From Callorhinchus milii (lineage: Eukaryota): a DNA stretch of 64,000 nucleotides. The position numbers and the translations under genes are program-made. Position 1 is the first letter of the stretch; every line of letters starts with the position of its first letter. The DNA lies in the NCBI RefSeq assembly GCF_018977255.1, contig NW_024704742.1, forward strand, positions 70,620,001 to 70,684,000, read 5' to 3'. Under the pieces are notes generated by a model, which saw only the letters and a program-made list of their open reading frames with translations, made no database searches and had not been told where the DNA came from. Below are positions 1 to 12,870 of this stretch, piece after piece.

Positions 1-378
1 CAAGTGAGAGAGAAAAGGATAGATTGCTCTCCACAGCAGATAAACACAAGTAGCAAAAGAGAGCAAGGGAGAAAGAGCGAGAGAGAGAGGGAGAGAGACA
101 GAGAGAGTGAGAGAGAGAAAATGAGAGAGAAAAAGTGAGCGAAAACAAGAGAGAGTGAGAGAGAGCAAAAGAGTGAGTGTGAGTGAAAGAGACAGAAAGA
201 GAGAGAGAGAGAGAAAGAGAGAGCATGAGTGAGAGAAAATGAGAGAGCGAAAGCGAGCAAAAATAAGAGAGTCAGAGAGAAAGCAAGAGAGTAAATGAGG
301 GTGAGAGAGAGAGAGAGAGCAACAGAGAGAGAGAGCGAGAGAGAGAGAGTGCAAGTAAGGGCAAAAGCGAGAGAGAAA
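1..378. repeat. Degenerate (GA)n microsatellite
   Basis: Purine-rich GA tract. Confidence 0.9.
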
Positions 379-379
379 A

Positions 380-670
380 TAAAACCTCAATAAAATTTTA
401 ATCATAGCAAACGCCGGCAGTTGTGGGGAGCGGGGCTAAGGACAAAACATCTGGCCAGTTCGGCTCGAGCTGCGCTAACTTTTCTCCAGCGCCATAAAAG
501 TCATTAATTTTTCATGAAATTGTATGAGCTGAGCGTCCCAGCCCAATACCTCTGTGGCCAAAGCTGCATAATTTAATCTCTTCGCGTTGCCAGGAAAATG
601 TCCTCCCATCTCCTAATGAACACTGGTTAATTAGAGCAGGGGATTGGGGAAACAGTTGGCATCATGAATG
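380..670. promoter_or_regulatory. Candidate downstream enhancer/CNE
   Basis: Unique CpG-retaining block between microsatellites; CCATAAAA, CATCTG, TAATTA. Confidence 0.4.
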
Positions 671-3600
671 CACTTTATACCACACATGTGGATTTCACAG
701 GAGCAGCTGAGATCTGTTCGCATTTTACTCTCTTCTCTCTCTCGTTTGCTCTCTCTCTCTCTCGCTATCTTTCTTGTTTCCCGTCAGGGAGGGGGAGGAG
801 AAGACAACAAGAACAAGAGCAACAAATTGCATTTATATAAGCGCTTTGAGACATCTCAACGACGTGATAAGGTGCTGTATCAAATGCAAGGATTCTTAAT
901 ATTATTATATCGTGTCTTTCATGTCAGCAGGACATCCCAAGATGCTGGACAGTGAAATGTTTGCACCCGAGCTGGGGGTTGGGATCAGAAGGGGTGGAGG
1001 GCAGGGAGAGTGGGGATAGAAGGATGACTGAAGGCCTTGAAGGAGTCAAGGGAGGAGTCGAAATGGAGGGGCTCCAGGATAGGTTCCCAGAAGGTGGGGG
1101 CAGAAAGGCTGAAGGCCCGACTGCTGATGGTGGAGCAGGCAGGGCAGGGGATATAGAGCAGGCCAGTGCTAGAGTCCAACCATCTAAAGCTGTGGATCTT
1201 GCCATTGAGATTACAGTCTGGTAAGCTTTCCCGCTGCTTGTTCAGCTAGGACCACCTTACCCGTTAGGGATTTGGCTTGAAGAGTTAATGGGAGCTGAGT
1301 GGAAAGAGTGCCTGCCCCAGTGACTGGTCTGACCTTCCAGGTCCTGCCGATGAGCCAGGCTGGGCTGTGCTGACATTAGCAGTGCCCTGGAATATTGTGG
1401 ACCCACCTGGCTTAGGAACTGGACTAACAAGATTTTTGTTTAGATGAATAGGACAGTTAATTGAGGCAGCATCAGACACGCTGTCCTTCGGATGAGATGT
1501 TAAACTGAGGTCCCATCTGTGCCTGATCAGGTGGGTATTAAAGATCCTGCTGTTTCTCTCTCCCAGTGTTCTGGCCATTAATCCCTCAAATAAAATCTCA
1601 TACTCACTCCATGGCTGCTTAGGGTGACGTTGTGTGCAAATTGATTACTACATTGCCTACAAAATACATAGTTACTCCACTTTAAAGTGAATCTTATGAA
1701 GTGCTTTGAGAACATCTTGACACAAAAGGCGCTATGCCAAATGCAAGGATTATTGAAGGTTTAAACTCAAATAATGGGATGGGGGGATGGGGAAAGGGGA
1801 GGAGAAGGAGGGTCTGTTGGGAGGCAAACTGATGTGAATTCACTCAGCATGAACCATCTTTGGCTTCTCAGCTCTTGGCTTTTCTCCATTGACTCCTGCG
1901 GAGCTGGGAGACTTTTCAGCTCTCAGACCAAGCACATATTTTATTCCAATAAAACATCTGTGAAAACCATTTCCTGTGAGCCTAGAAGTGTTCAGGAATG
2001 GGGTGGTTGTCAGGTGACACGGGGGGGTGGGCGGAGGAGGGGTAAGACTTTCCTGTGCGGGGGTGGTTAGCCAGACGACTGTTAAACATTTTCAAAACAA
2101 GCGAGCTTTCAGCCAATTATCTCCTAATAAGAACAATCCCTGTGTTTGATATCGTGCTTTATTACATCTCAAAACATCTCAGCATATTTGGTCCACAGAG
2201 GTTTCTCTAAAGTGTGGCTATAATAATTACAATCCTTGCATCAGATATATTGCCTGATCATGTCATTCTGATGTCTCAAAGAGCTTCACAGGATATACTG
2301 TAATGTATAGTGACTGTGTATTTTGTGGGCAAATGTGGCAGCCAGTTTGTGTATAGGAATGTCCTAAAAGAGCCGTGAAGTGAGCGATTTATTTTATCTG
2401 GGGGATTGTTGGTCAACACACGGGAGAGAGAAACCCTGTTCTCTGTTCCAATAGTGCCGCAGGACCTTTAATATCCACCTGAATAGGCACAGACGGGATC
2501 TTGGTTTAATGAATATTGTTATCTGCCGACAGTGCAGGGCTCCCCCAGAACTGAACTGGGGCATCAGCATTGACTATATGAGTTCCCAGTCCTGAACTGG
2601 GCCTTGAACCCTGACTCAGAGACAAGAGTGCCTCCTTATACTCTGAATCAGGTTGGTATCTGGCCCCAAATCCACTCTTCCAAGGTGATAAATTTTACCT
2701 TGTGTTTCTGAGAGTGTTTCTCTGCAGAGCGAACTTCAACCCAATGGATCTAATTTCTGGTGACAAATTTGAGGCTCTGGACATCGCCTGCTCTTTGCTT
2801 ACAGATTATAATAATAATAATAATCCTTGTGTTTGCTATAGCATCTTATCATGTTGTTGAGACGTCTCAACGCGCTTCACAGAATATATTGTAAAGTGAA
2901 TTGATTGTACTTTTGTGGGGTTGAAATGCGGCAGCCAATTCACACAGCAATGTCCCACAAACAGTTTTGGATTGAGTGACTACATTTTTTTGGGAAAGAT
3001 TATTACCCCCAGAAAGCGATCTGGCAATTGACTAACAAGCGGGTTCCTACTTACTGCTAGGTAAACAGAGGTGTGTGGAGCAAGGAAACTTGTCGAAGGT
3101 TTCACCCGGGAATCAAACCCAGGTCCCCTGCGCTAACCACTACACTATACAACTTCACGGTTATAGTGACCTCCCACTTCTCCCTCACTCAGCATCTATT
3201 CCCACCATCGTGCAGCACTCCGAGATGTTACCCTCCATAATGGGCGCTGTGTCAATGCGAGTTGCTTCTCTCCTGGTTGGGATCTGAGGCTCGGGAGGCC
3301 CTGGGGTTGTTGCCTTAAAGTTTAAGAATTTTGGAAACTTTTCGACTTCAGGTTTCAAACTTCAAATCGAGTGGCCTCTTTTAACCTGTAACAATCAGCC
3401 TGGCTCAGTCGGTCATGCTCTCACCTCTGAGTCAGAAGGTTGTGGGTTCGTCGGGACTTTAAACTCCTATGCTCCAAAGCTAGAGTGTGCAGCTGCATTG
3501 TCGGAGGTTCCGTCCTTCAGATGAGATGTTAATCCAAGCTCCCTGTCTTTCCCCTGTTGAGGTGGAAGTTAAAGACCCGCTGCGTTATTGGAAAAGAGAA

Positions 3601-5858
3601 GGGAGTTTCTTCCTACCAGTGTCCTGGCTGACAATCCCCCGGATAAAAACTGATCACGCAATTCATGGCTATTTGGGGGACATTGCTGTGCGCAAATTGG
3701 CTGCCTCCAAATTCCAAAGTCACTACGCTTTACAGTAAAATCCTGTGAAGTGCTTTGAGATGTGAGAGGTGCTGTATTAATAACCAAAGTACTATCTCTT
3801 GCTGACAATGGCCTGCAGTGGGTCACTTATTGACCTGCCCTTGAAGACGGTGTGAAGGGAAACGACAGTGATTTCTTTCACCGAATATTTAACCCCAGAG
3901 TCTGGACGTCTCCAGCCTTGTTTTGACAGCTGTACTGTCTGCCCCCTACCACCCCGCCCCCACCCCGCACCCACTCCCCCACTGAGCAACAATAAAGCTT
4001 GTGACTAAACAGGGGAACAGAGTGGCAAGTCAATAACATGGACCTTCCCACAGTGAGGGCCATTCACTGTCCCCTACCACACTTCCCCACTCGCTCATAT
4101 CCTCCACCCACTTGCCTCTCCCCACTTGTGCTCTGCCTCGCTTCCCCCACTCACCCATTCCCCGCTCACTGTGCCACCCCTCCCCACTCATGCCCCCCAA
4201 TCCCCTACCCCCTTGCTCACACAAGTGCTATGGGCTGAATGACCTCCTTTTGTGTAAAACACTTGCGTTCCTCTACTCCAATAGGTGCTGATCCTTTGTT
4301 TCGTTCGATAAATGCCAGTGTTTAGGGTGAAGGGAAGTTCCCAAACTCTCTCTCTCTCCTTTCCTATCTGCAACTTTCCTCCTTCTTTTCACCTTTAAAG
4401 CGCTCCGCAGTCTTGTGCATCCCTACCTCTGTGACCTCCTAAAACCCTACCAACCTCGGAGGAAGTCGTTTAAATAAACCATCGACAACATCTGGCAATA
4501 AGATTCAATTCTTTTTTTAGGGAGGGGAAGTGGAGGGAGGGGGGTAATTCATTTTCAGAATGATTCACATAGCTTATTCAGCTGTAAAAGTTGTGCCTGT
4601 CGTGTAAGGAGATTGTCTCAAAGAACTTTGGAACAACAACAACTTGCATTTGTTTAGCGCTCTTCAAACGGGGTAATATCTTGGAGCGCTTGCAGAGACG
4701 GAGTGGGAGTCTGAGCTGGGTGGGTGATGGCAGGGGAGGGGAGGGGGGAAGTGGGAGGTGAGGGGAACAGGAGTAGGTGGACGTTGGGGTGAGGTGAAAG
4801 TAGATTTCATCGTCTTGAAGGAGAGAATGTGTGTCTCAAAGACATTCAAAGGATTTACTGTACAGTGTCGTGACTGTGTATTTTGTGGGGAAACACGGCA
4901 GCCAATTTGTGCACGATAACATCCCACAAAACAGCCATGAAGTGAGTGACTAATTTTAACAGGGGGATTGTTGGCCAGGACACCAGGAGAGAGAAACTCT
5001 TTTCAAGTAGTGCTGTGGGATCTTTAACGTCCACCTGAACAGGACAACGACGGGAGCTCGGTTTAACGTCTGAACGGAAAGACAGCGTCTCCGACTATTC
5101 AGCGCTTCCCCCAGCATTAGTCTGGACTGTGAGTTCTGAGTCCTGACGTGGGGCTGGAACTCATAACAAGGATAACTTGCTGTGTCGCACAGGATAGCAT
5201 CTCAGAGCACTTATCCTTCTGACTGAGCCAGCCTGAGACATTCTGAATTGATACGCTAGGTTTGCAGTGTAGCTGCCACATTAGCCTCCATCACTCACTC
5301 CTTACCCAGGCCCTGCTCTGTTTACTACCCTCCTGGTGAAAGCACTGACTGTCTGTTGGGAGTTGCTGCGTCTAAGAGCGTTCAGGGTCACTGCTGGCTC
5401 GTTCACACTGAGGTCAGAGCGTTCCTGATGCCTGGAGCTGCTTACCCAGGAATTCATTCCAGGTTTATGAGGTGGCTCGTACTCTGGCGTGTCTCTTCCA
5501 GGTGTGCCCTTCCCCCCTTCCTCTCCTTTGCCTCTCTCCCCTTTTCCCCTTAAAGTCACTTCTTCCCCTGCCCCCCCACTCCTCCCCACCTCCAGCCAGC
5601 CGACAACTTGCTGCTTTTACACTTTCTCCCGTGTTCATCATCAGATCAGGGTCTCACCAACAACAAGAGTTTAGATTTACACAGCACCTGTCATGTCTCC
5701 AAGCGCTTCACGCAGCTGGCTGTGAGCCCAAGATGGGGAGGAGGGGGGAAGGTAATAATAATATTCCTTGCATTTGATGTAACCCCTGATCACTTTGATG
5801 AGATGTCTCAAAGCGCTTCACAAGATTTACTGTAAAGTGAATTGGCTGTGTATTTTGT

Positions 5859-6945
5859 CGGTGACATCATCCGCAAACATGGGGTTAACTTCCACATGTA
5901 TGCGGATGACACCCAACTCTACCTTTCCTCCTCTACTCTCAACTCCACGACCACCGATGTCCTGACAGCCTGCCTGTCCGACATCGAGTCCTGGACGAGA
6001 GACAACTTTCTTCAGCTCAACGTGCGAAAAACCGAGGCCCTCCTGATTGGCTCACGTCAGCGCCTCCGCACCTCAGGCGCTGACACCATCAGCATCCAAG
6101 GCTGCACTCTCCACCTCGCAAAGCCAGTCAGGAACCTCGGCGTTTTGTTTGACCCTGAGCTGTCCTTTCTCCCTCACATCCGCACCACAACTGGCACCGC
6201 CTTCCATCACCTCCGGAATATCGCCAGATTACGGCACTACCTCACCCCTCACGCGGCTGAAACCCTGGTTCACGCTTTGTCACCTCAAGGCTGGACTATG
6301 GGAACTCTCTCCTCGCCGGCCTTCCCGCCACCTCCCTCCACAAGCTGCAGGTCATTCAGAACTCTGCAGCTCGTGTACTGTCCCGCACCAGGCTTCGGGA
6401 CCACATCACTCCACCCTCGCTCGCCTCCACTGGCTCCCCATCCCCCAGAGGATTGATTTCAAGATCCTCATCCTCACCTACAAGGCCATTCACGGCCTTG
6501 CTCCCTCCTACCTCTCCAACCTACTATCCCCCTACCTACCTGCCCGTACCCTCCGTTCCTCTGGCTCCGGTCTGCTCCACGTCCCCCGCCCCAACCGCCC
6601 TACTATCGGTGGTCGGGCCTTCAGCCTCTCAGCCCCGAGGCTCTGGAACTCCATCCCCCAGTGCCTTCGCCTTGCTTCCTCCCTTTCCTCCTTCAAGGCC
6701 GGTCTCAAAACCTTTCTCTTTGACCGTGCCTTCAGCTACCCTCTCGACTCTCTTCCTCCTCCTCGCTCCCTCCCTTCCCTGCCTTCACCCTGACCATTTC
6801 CCCTCTCCTCTCTCCCTCCCTTCCCTCCCTCACCCTGACCATTTCCCCCTGCTCGGGTCATGACCCAACTGTGCAGCGCCTTGGGACGTCCTCCTGACGT
6901 GAAAGGCGCTCTATAAATGGAATCTTGTTGTTGTTGTTGTTGTTG
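5859..6945 (+). mobile_element. L2-clade LINE, 5'-truncated ORF2 (RT C-terminal half) plus 3' tail, frameshifted
   Basis: [72 protein letters not shown] spread over shifted frames; tail gcgccttgggacgtcctcctgacgtgaaaggcgctctataaat+(TTG)n. Inserted inside a minus-strand SINE (5755-5858 resumes at ~6946). Confidence 0.92.
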
Positions 6946-7789
6946 ATGAAACGTGGCAGCCAATAGCAGTGTGACATGAACAGTCGTGGATTGAGTGATC
7001 AAATTTTGGGGGGAATGAGGAAATGAGGCCTATCTAAGTCTCCTCTTGCCCCCAGCAAAAGCTTTCTTTCTTCTGCCACTTCACAGCTCAAGAGAGTGAG
7101 ATATTGCAGCTTGTGATGTGCTAATTAACACAAGGCTGAAACTGTTGCCTTCCTACCTCTTAATATGTCAAAATTATGTTGTTTCATGATAATAATTAAT
7201 CCTTGTATTTGATACAGGATCTTATCATGTCATCCAGACATCGCATAGTGCATCAGTGTATTTACTCTATGGTGTAGTGACTGGTATATTGCTTTCGTCA
7301 ACTGAGTGATTGACACTCATGGAAACCCATCATCATGCTTAAGAGTGTCCAAAACAGACTGAGAGTTCCACATATGTATGTCACTACAAATAGAAATTTC
7401 CATGTCAGGAATGTGCATTCTCTCCCTCTCTCTCCCCCGGAGGAACACATTCTGTTTACCTTATTCCAAAAAGTATTATGTGCAGGTTGGCAGAAGCGAA
7501 GGCTTGGGCACCACGGATTGTGCGTTGGGGTAACTGCTGGAGTCTAACCAGCTAAAACCACATTGTTTGTCATTGGGAGCATTGCCCTGTCTGGTAAGCT
7601 TTCCCGCTGCTTGTCCACCTAGGACCAGCCTACCCCTTAGGACCTTGGCTCTTCAAGTGGGGTGGCATCTCGGAATGCTAAACATTGGCAGAGTTTAAGG
7701 CCAAGCCGGGGAGCGAGGGGAGGTGACCATCGGCACCTATATACACACCTTCATTTGTACATTCCTAGAGAACCCAAGGCTTCAGAATC

Positions 7790-8160
7790 GATAAAGATGA
7801 TTAATAATATATGAGATACAAGAATAATTAGATTCTGAAGTGATTTAACACAATAATCACTCGGCCCCTCTCACAAACGCCGACTAAAATTTACGCTGTT
7901 TAATTCCTCTCTGCCTGCCTACATTATAATTTTAATTAGCCTATTCTGCAGCAGAGCGAGCTTAAATTACAATTATTGCGTGTGTTTTCTTTAATTGAAT
8001 TGACTAATTTTCGGGTAATACTGTTACTTTTGTGGTTATTGCAAAATTAAACATTGATAATCTTAAATTAATATAACATTTTTTTTCTCCGCTTCCGCCC
8101 AGCCCACCCCATCCTCCCCTTCTCTTTATTTTATTAATGAATAATTGCAGCGGAGTTATA
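7790..8160. promoter_or_regulatory. Candidate downstream enhancer/CNE
   Basis: Repeat-free AT-rich block with many TAAT/TAATTA homeodomain cores and retained CpGs. Confidence 0.45.
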
Positions 8161-8204
8161 GCTCTCTTGCTATCTGGAACACATTAACTCAAAACATTTT
8201 CACA

Positions 8205-8600
8205 ATCAAGAGAGTGTGTGTCTGTCTCTGTGTGTCTCTCTCTGTCTCTGTGTGTGTCTCTTTGTCTCTGTGTGTCTATGTGTGTCTCTGTCTCTTTCTG
8301 TCTCTTTGTGTCCTGTCTCTGTGTGTCTCTGAATGGCTCTGTCTGTCTCTGCCTCTCTCTTTCTCTTTGTTTCTGTCTTACTATCTCTGTATGGTGTGGC
8401 TCTGCCACTTTCTCTATTTCTCTCTCTCTCAGTCTCTGTGGTCTCTTTCTATCTCTCTTTTGCCCTTCAGATGAAAAGTTAAACTATCTCTCTCAGTTAC
8501 TTTATTTGTTTCCCCCTCTATATCTTATCTGTTTCTGTCTCTCTCAGGATCAGTCTCTCTTTCTCTCTCTTTCTCTCTCTCACTGTCTGACGTTTCCGTC
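8205..8600. repeat. (CT/GT)n low-complexity tract
   Basis: tgtctctg/ctctct repeats. Confidence 0.85.
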
Positions 8601-9177
8601 CATTTCTGTGTCTCTGTCCTGCGGTCACCTACTCTTCCTCAACGTCGCTCAGTCTCTCATTCTCTTTCCCACAGTCTACACAGTCACTACATTTTACAGT
8701 AAAATCCTGTGAACTAAACAATTGTTTAGAAGACTGGATACAAAATGGCTGCCAGCCAATACAGTCACTACGCTTTACATTGAATCCTGTGAAGTGCCAT
8801 GAGATGTCCTCCTGATTTGAGGATTAATATTGTAAAATTGCCTGGCACTGGACTGCACAAGGCACAGTCTCTGCAGTTGTCAATGATTATAATTATAATC
8901 CTTGCAACTGATACAGAGCCTTTCACATTAGGAGACATCTCAAAGCGCTTCACGGGATATACTGTAAAGTGTAGTGACTATGAATTTTGTAGGCCTAACG
9001 CGACAGCCAATTGATTCACGGCGATGTCTCGCAAACAGCCACAAAGAGACAAATCATTTTTTATTTGGGGGAATTGTCGGCCAAGACATTGGGGGAGAGA
9101 TACTCCATGCTCTTTCTCAAATAGGATCTTTAATGTTGGAAAGACGTTCCGATGTACAAATTCCGGTGGCGAGAATG

Positions 9178-9690
9178 GACAACAACAACAAATTACATTT
9201 TCTAGCGCCTTTCGCATCAGGAGGACGTCCCAAGGCACTGGACAGTCAGGGATTTGGACCCGAGTTAGGGGTTGGGATCAGGAGGGTGTGAAGGGAAGGG
9301 AGGGTGGGGATAGGAAGGATGTCTGAAGGCACAGTCAAAGAGGGGGTCTTGAGATGCCCCTTGAAGGAGGCAAGGGAAGGGATGAGGTAAAGGGACTGTG
9401 GGATGGAGTTCCAAAGGGTGGAGGCAGAGAGGCTGAAGGTCTGACCACTGATGGTGGGGTGGGGAAGATGGGGGACATGGAGGAGGCCAGAGCCTGTTCA
9501 GCGGAGGGAGTGGACAGGTTGGTGGGATTGGGGGGTGGGAGGAGGTGAGAATAGTGAGACTAGTGGATGTCAGTGAGTCCCATCTATCCTGAGCAGCCTG
9601 ATCTTTAAATAGTTGGGAGAAGGGAGGTGGCATATCATACAGTAGAGCTCTCATCCTCCCCTTTACTCAGCAATTGGTCTCCGGGACGGA
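9178..9690 (-). mobile_element. L2-tailed element, copy 1 of an inverted pair
   Basis: L2-type tail ((AAC)n...ggacgtcccaaggc on +) and ~120 nt 5' segment shared with 10465-10941. Confidence 0.7.
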
Positions 9691-10464
9691 GTTTCAAATC
9701 TCGGGGGTAATGCAGAGATATAAACAGCTGCTCCTCAAACTCCACACCTCCAACTGGTGGGACCATCTCTCAATGGGAATGGAAATGTACCCGAGCTGCG
9801 GACAAGAAGATAGTGGCAATGCTCTCATGCGTTTCATGTTGAGCTGTGTTGCCCAGGAAGCTTGCAGGGGGTTGGAGGCAAGCGGGGTCTCCTCAAGGCT
9901 GAACTGATTTCAAGGTGACCTGCCTGACGATAGAATGTGGGAATCGAGCCCACCGATTCCTGAGCCAGGTGGGTCCGCAGTATTCCAAGGCACAACTGAT
10001 GACACCACCGCCCAGCCTGGCTCATCGGCAGGACTGGGAAGGCCAGAACCACTGTATGCAAATTGGTTGCAAAGTTTGTGCGCCCAAAAAACCTATCAAC
10101 ACACTTCACAATGATCACAGGCACCACCTCCTGACCTGAGAGTAAGGGCGCGACCGACCAAGCCAGGCTGACATTGATACATAATTACTGTGTGCAATTT
10201 CGCCTCATTTCGTCCACAAAATACATTTTGACCACACTTTACCAGATATTCTGTGAAGCACATTGAGACGTCTCAATGACGTGATAAGGCGCTATATCAA
10301 ATGCAAGGATTATTATTATTGTTATTATCTCTTGGCTGCCCTCACCTTAATAGAAACATAGAGCATGGCCCGTAATACTGGAGAGTTGGCTGTGACAATA
10401 ATCCTGCTCTCTCCTAATTATGGAGAGAGATTTAGGATGAGTCGGAGATGTGGTTGCAGTCAAA

Positions 10465-10941
10465 GCTCCAGAGACCAATTGCCGAGTAAAGGGGAGGATG
10501 AGAGCTCTGCTGTATGATGTGCCACTTCTCTTCTCCCAGCTATTTAAAGATCAGACTGCTTAGGATAGATAGGACTCGCTGACATCCACTACTTTCACCT
10601 CCCCCACCCCACCAACCTGTCCGCTCCATCTGCTCAACAGGCTCCACCCTGCTCTGCCCGCCCTACCAACAGCAGTTGGGCCTTCAGCCTTTCTGCTCCC
10701 ACCCTTTGGAACTCCATCCCACAGTCTCTTTGCCTCACCTCCTCCCTTGCCTCGTTCAAGGCCCATTTCAAAACCCTCCTCTTTGACCTCATCTTCGGTC
10801 AACCCGCCTACCCCTACCCTCCCTGCCCTCCACCCCTCCTGATCCCAACCCCCAACTCGGGTCCAAATCCCTGAGCATCCAGCATTTTGAGACGTCCTCC
10901 TGACGTGAAAGGTGCTATAGAAATATAATTTGTAGTTGTTG
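10465..10941 (+). mobile_element. L2-tailed element, copy 2 of an inverted pair
   Basis: Reverse-complement homologue of 9178-9690, ending gacgtcctcctgacgtgaaaggtgctatag...gttgttgtt. Confidence 0.7.
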
Positions 10942-11486
10942 TTAACCTTGCAAAAATTTTGTGAATAAAATCAAACCATGTCCTGCCCTCCCCTCCCACC
11001 CTGCCTCCTCCCACTCTCCCTGCCCCCCCGCCCCACCCGATTGTGGCTGGGCTGAGAAAATGCCTTCTCTTTCTCTGCTCGTTCCCTGTCTCTTGCTAAG
11101 AAACAGCTTCCCACTCTCCAAGCTCCGGAATTGATGGCAGTGCAGTGCTTCTCAGTCTCTCCCAGCTCCGGCGGCACGTTTCCACCTGTTACAGTTTTCA
11201 TTTATCATCGTTTTGTGTGTGTGTGTGTGTGGTGGGGAGGGGCAGAGGACAAGAGAGAGGGGTGGGGAAACTAGGCGAAAAACAGGATGTTGTGGCTGGC
11301 TGGGCTCAGTGAAATGACTCAATCCCTGGGTCCCATTGTTCCCCCTTTTTTTCCTTGTGAAAAGGAGGGAGGGAGGGAGGGAGGGCGTGGAAGCAAGCTC
11401 ACTAATGGAAACCAAATGCAAGTGAAGATCAGCCTTCCCTTTACCCTGCCCATCCCTTGACTCCACACTAAGCTCTTAGGCTTTGT

Positions 11487-11850
11487 GGAGTCCTGTAGCT
11501 TAGTGGTTAAAGCACACTCGCCTCATAAGCAAGAGGACCCGGGTTTGATTTCCTTACTCCATAGGCCTCTGTTTATCTACCAGTAAGTAGGAACCCTGTT
11601 GTTGGTTGATTGACAGATCGCTTTCTGAGGGTAATAATCCTTTCAAAAAAATATATAGTAATAATTTTGTCACTCAATCCACGACTGTTTGTGGGACGCT
11701 GCTGTGTGCAATTGGCTGCCGCGTTTCACCCACAAAATATACAGTCAATTCACATTATAGTATATTCTGTGAAGCGATTTGAGACATCTCAACCACGTGA
11801 TAAGGCATTATATTAAATACAAGGATTATATTATTGTTATTATTATTACC
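11487..11850 (+). mobile_element. Type A SINE, long subfamily (representative; similar copies near 2810-, 15640-, 16140-, 16811+, 18345+, 19951+, 20898-, 30530+, 38989+, 39899+, 42774-, 44375-, 49508+, 50403-, 52970+, 54455-, 55209+, 62355-)
   Basis: ggagtcctgtagc head, internal ctgttt(a)cctagcagtaagtaggaaccc..gattggcggatcgctttcc block, tgtgggacactgctgtgcgcaattggctgcc domain, tail atcaaatgcaaggattattatt. Confidence 0.85.
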
Positions 11851-12737
11851 CTTAGGCCAACAGCTTGAGGTGGCAAGGGGAAAGTTGGTGAGGTTTTTTC
11901 CATTATCTACGCCTGGCTCGCTCTCTCGCTCACTCGTGCACTCGCCTCCAGGTCAGAAGGTTGTGAGTTGTCAGATATGCCACCCTTCGGATGAGACATT
12001 AAACCGAGACCCCGTCTGTGTCCTGTTCAGGCGGACATTAAAGATCCCATGGCACTACTCGAAAAGCGAAGAATGTTTTTCTCTCTCCCGGTGTCCTGGC
12101 CAACAATCCCCCAGATAAAATCGCTCACTCACTTCCTGGCTGTTTCCGGGGACGTTACTGTGCGCAAATCAGCTGCCGCATTTGCATACAACAATAATTG
12201 TAATCCTTGCATTTGATACAGCACCTTATCACGTTTTTGAGATGTCTCAAAGCACTTCACAGAATATACTGTAAAGTGAATTGACTGTGTGTTTTGTGGG
12301 CGAAACAAACAAACAAACAAATAAACAGTCACCACACTACACTGGATGGCAATTCCCTTACAAAGTGCTCTGAGATGGATTTTTCTGACGTGTCTGATGC
12401 GAGGATTGTTGTGTGACAAGAGTTTGTGAGTAATACATACTTCAGTGTGGGGGAGTGCTCACACGCCAGAGCTGTAGCTGCTAATTACTGTGCTCTGTAA
12501 ACCCAGTGGAGCTGAGCTGTGAGGATGGCCCCAGGCCAGGAGCATTCAGTGTGACCTGTGTTTCAGGTTAGACTCTCTAGGTCCCTGACTGCACAGGAGC
12601 CACTTGCAGTCAGAGTATCCGAGAGTGGGTTTAATGTGGCAATGGTCCCCGTATCAGCTCCACTCCCTCCCCCAGCCCACTGCTGGAGACACACAGGCTG
12701 GGGTCTTTCGTCTGTTCACTGCTAGTGTCTGAGTTTA

Positions 12738-12870
12738 GAGAAAGAAAGAGGGAGAGAGACAGAGAGGGGGAAGAGAGAGAAGGAGGAAAGGAAGGAAGGA
12801 AGGAAGGAAGGATGGAAGGAAGGAAGGAAGGGAGGGAGGGAGGGAGGGAGGGAGGGAGGGAGGAAGGAAG
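12738..12870. repeat. (GA)n-(GGAA)n-(GGGA)n compound microsatellite
   Basis: Direct inspection. Confidence 0.9.

Noticed and set aside
9995..10035. Hammerhead ribozyme suggested by CTGATGA
   Set aside because: No downstream GAAA core, and other family copies read CTGATGT or CTAATGT
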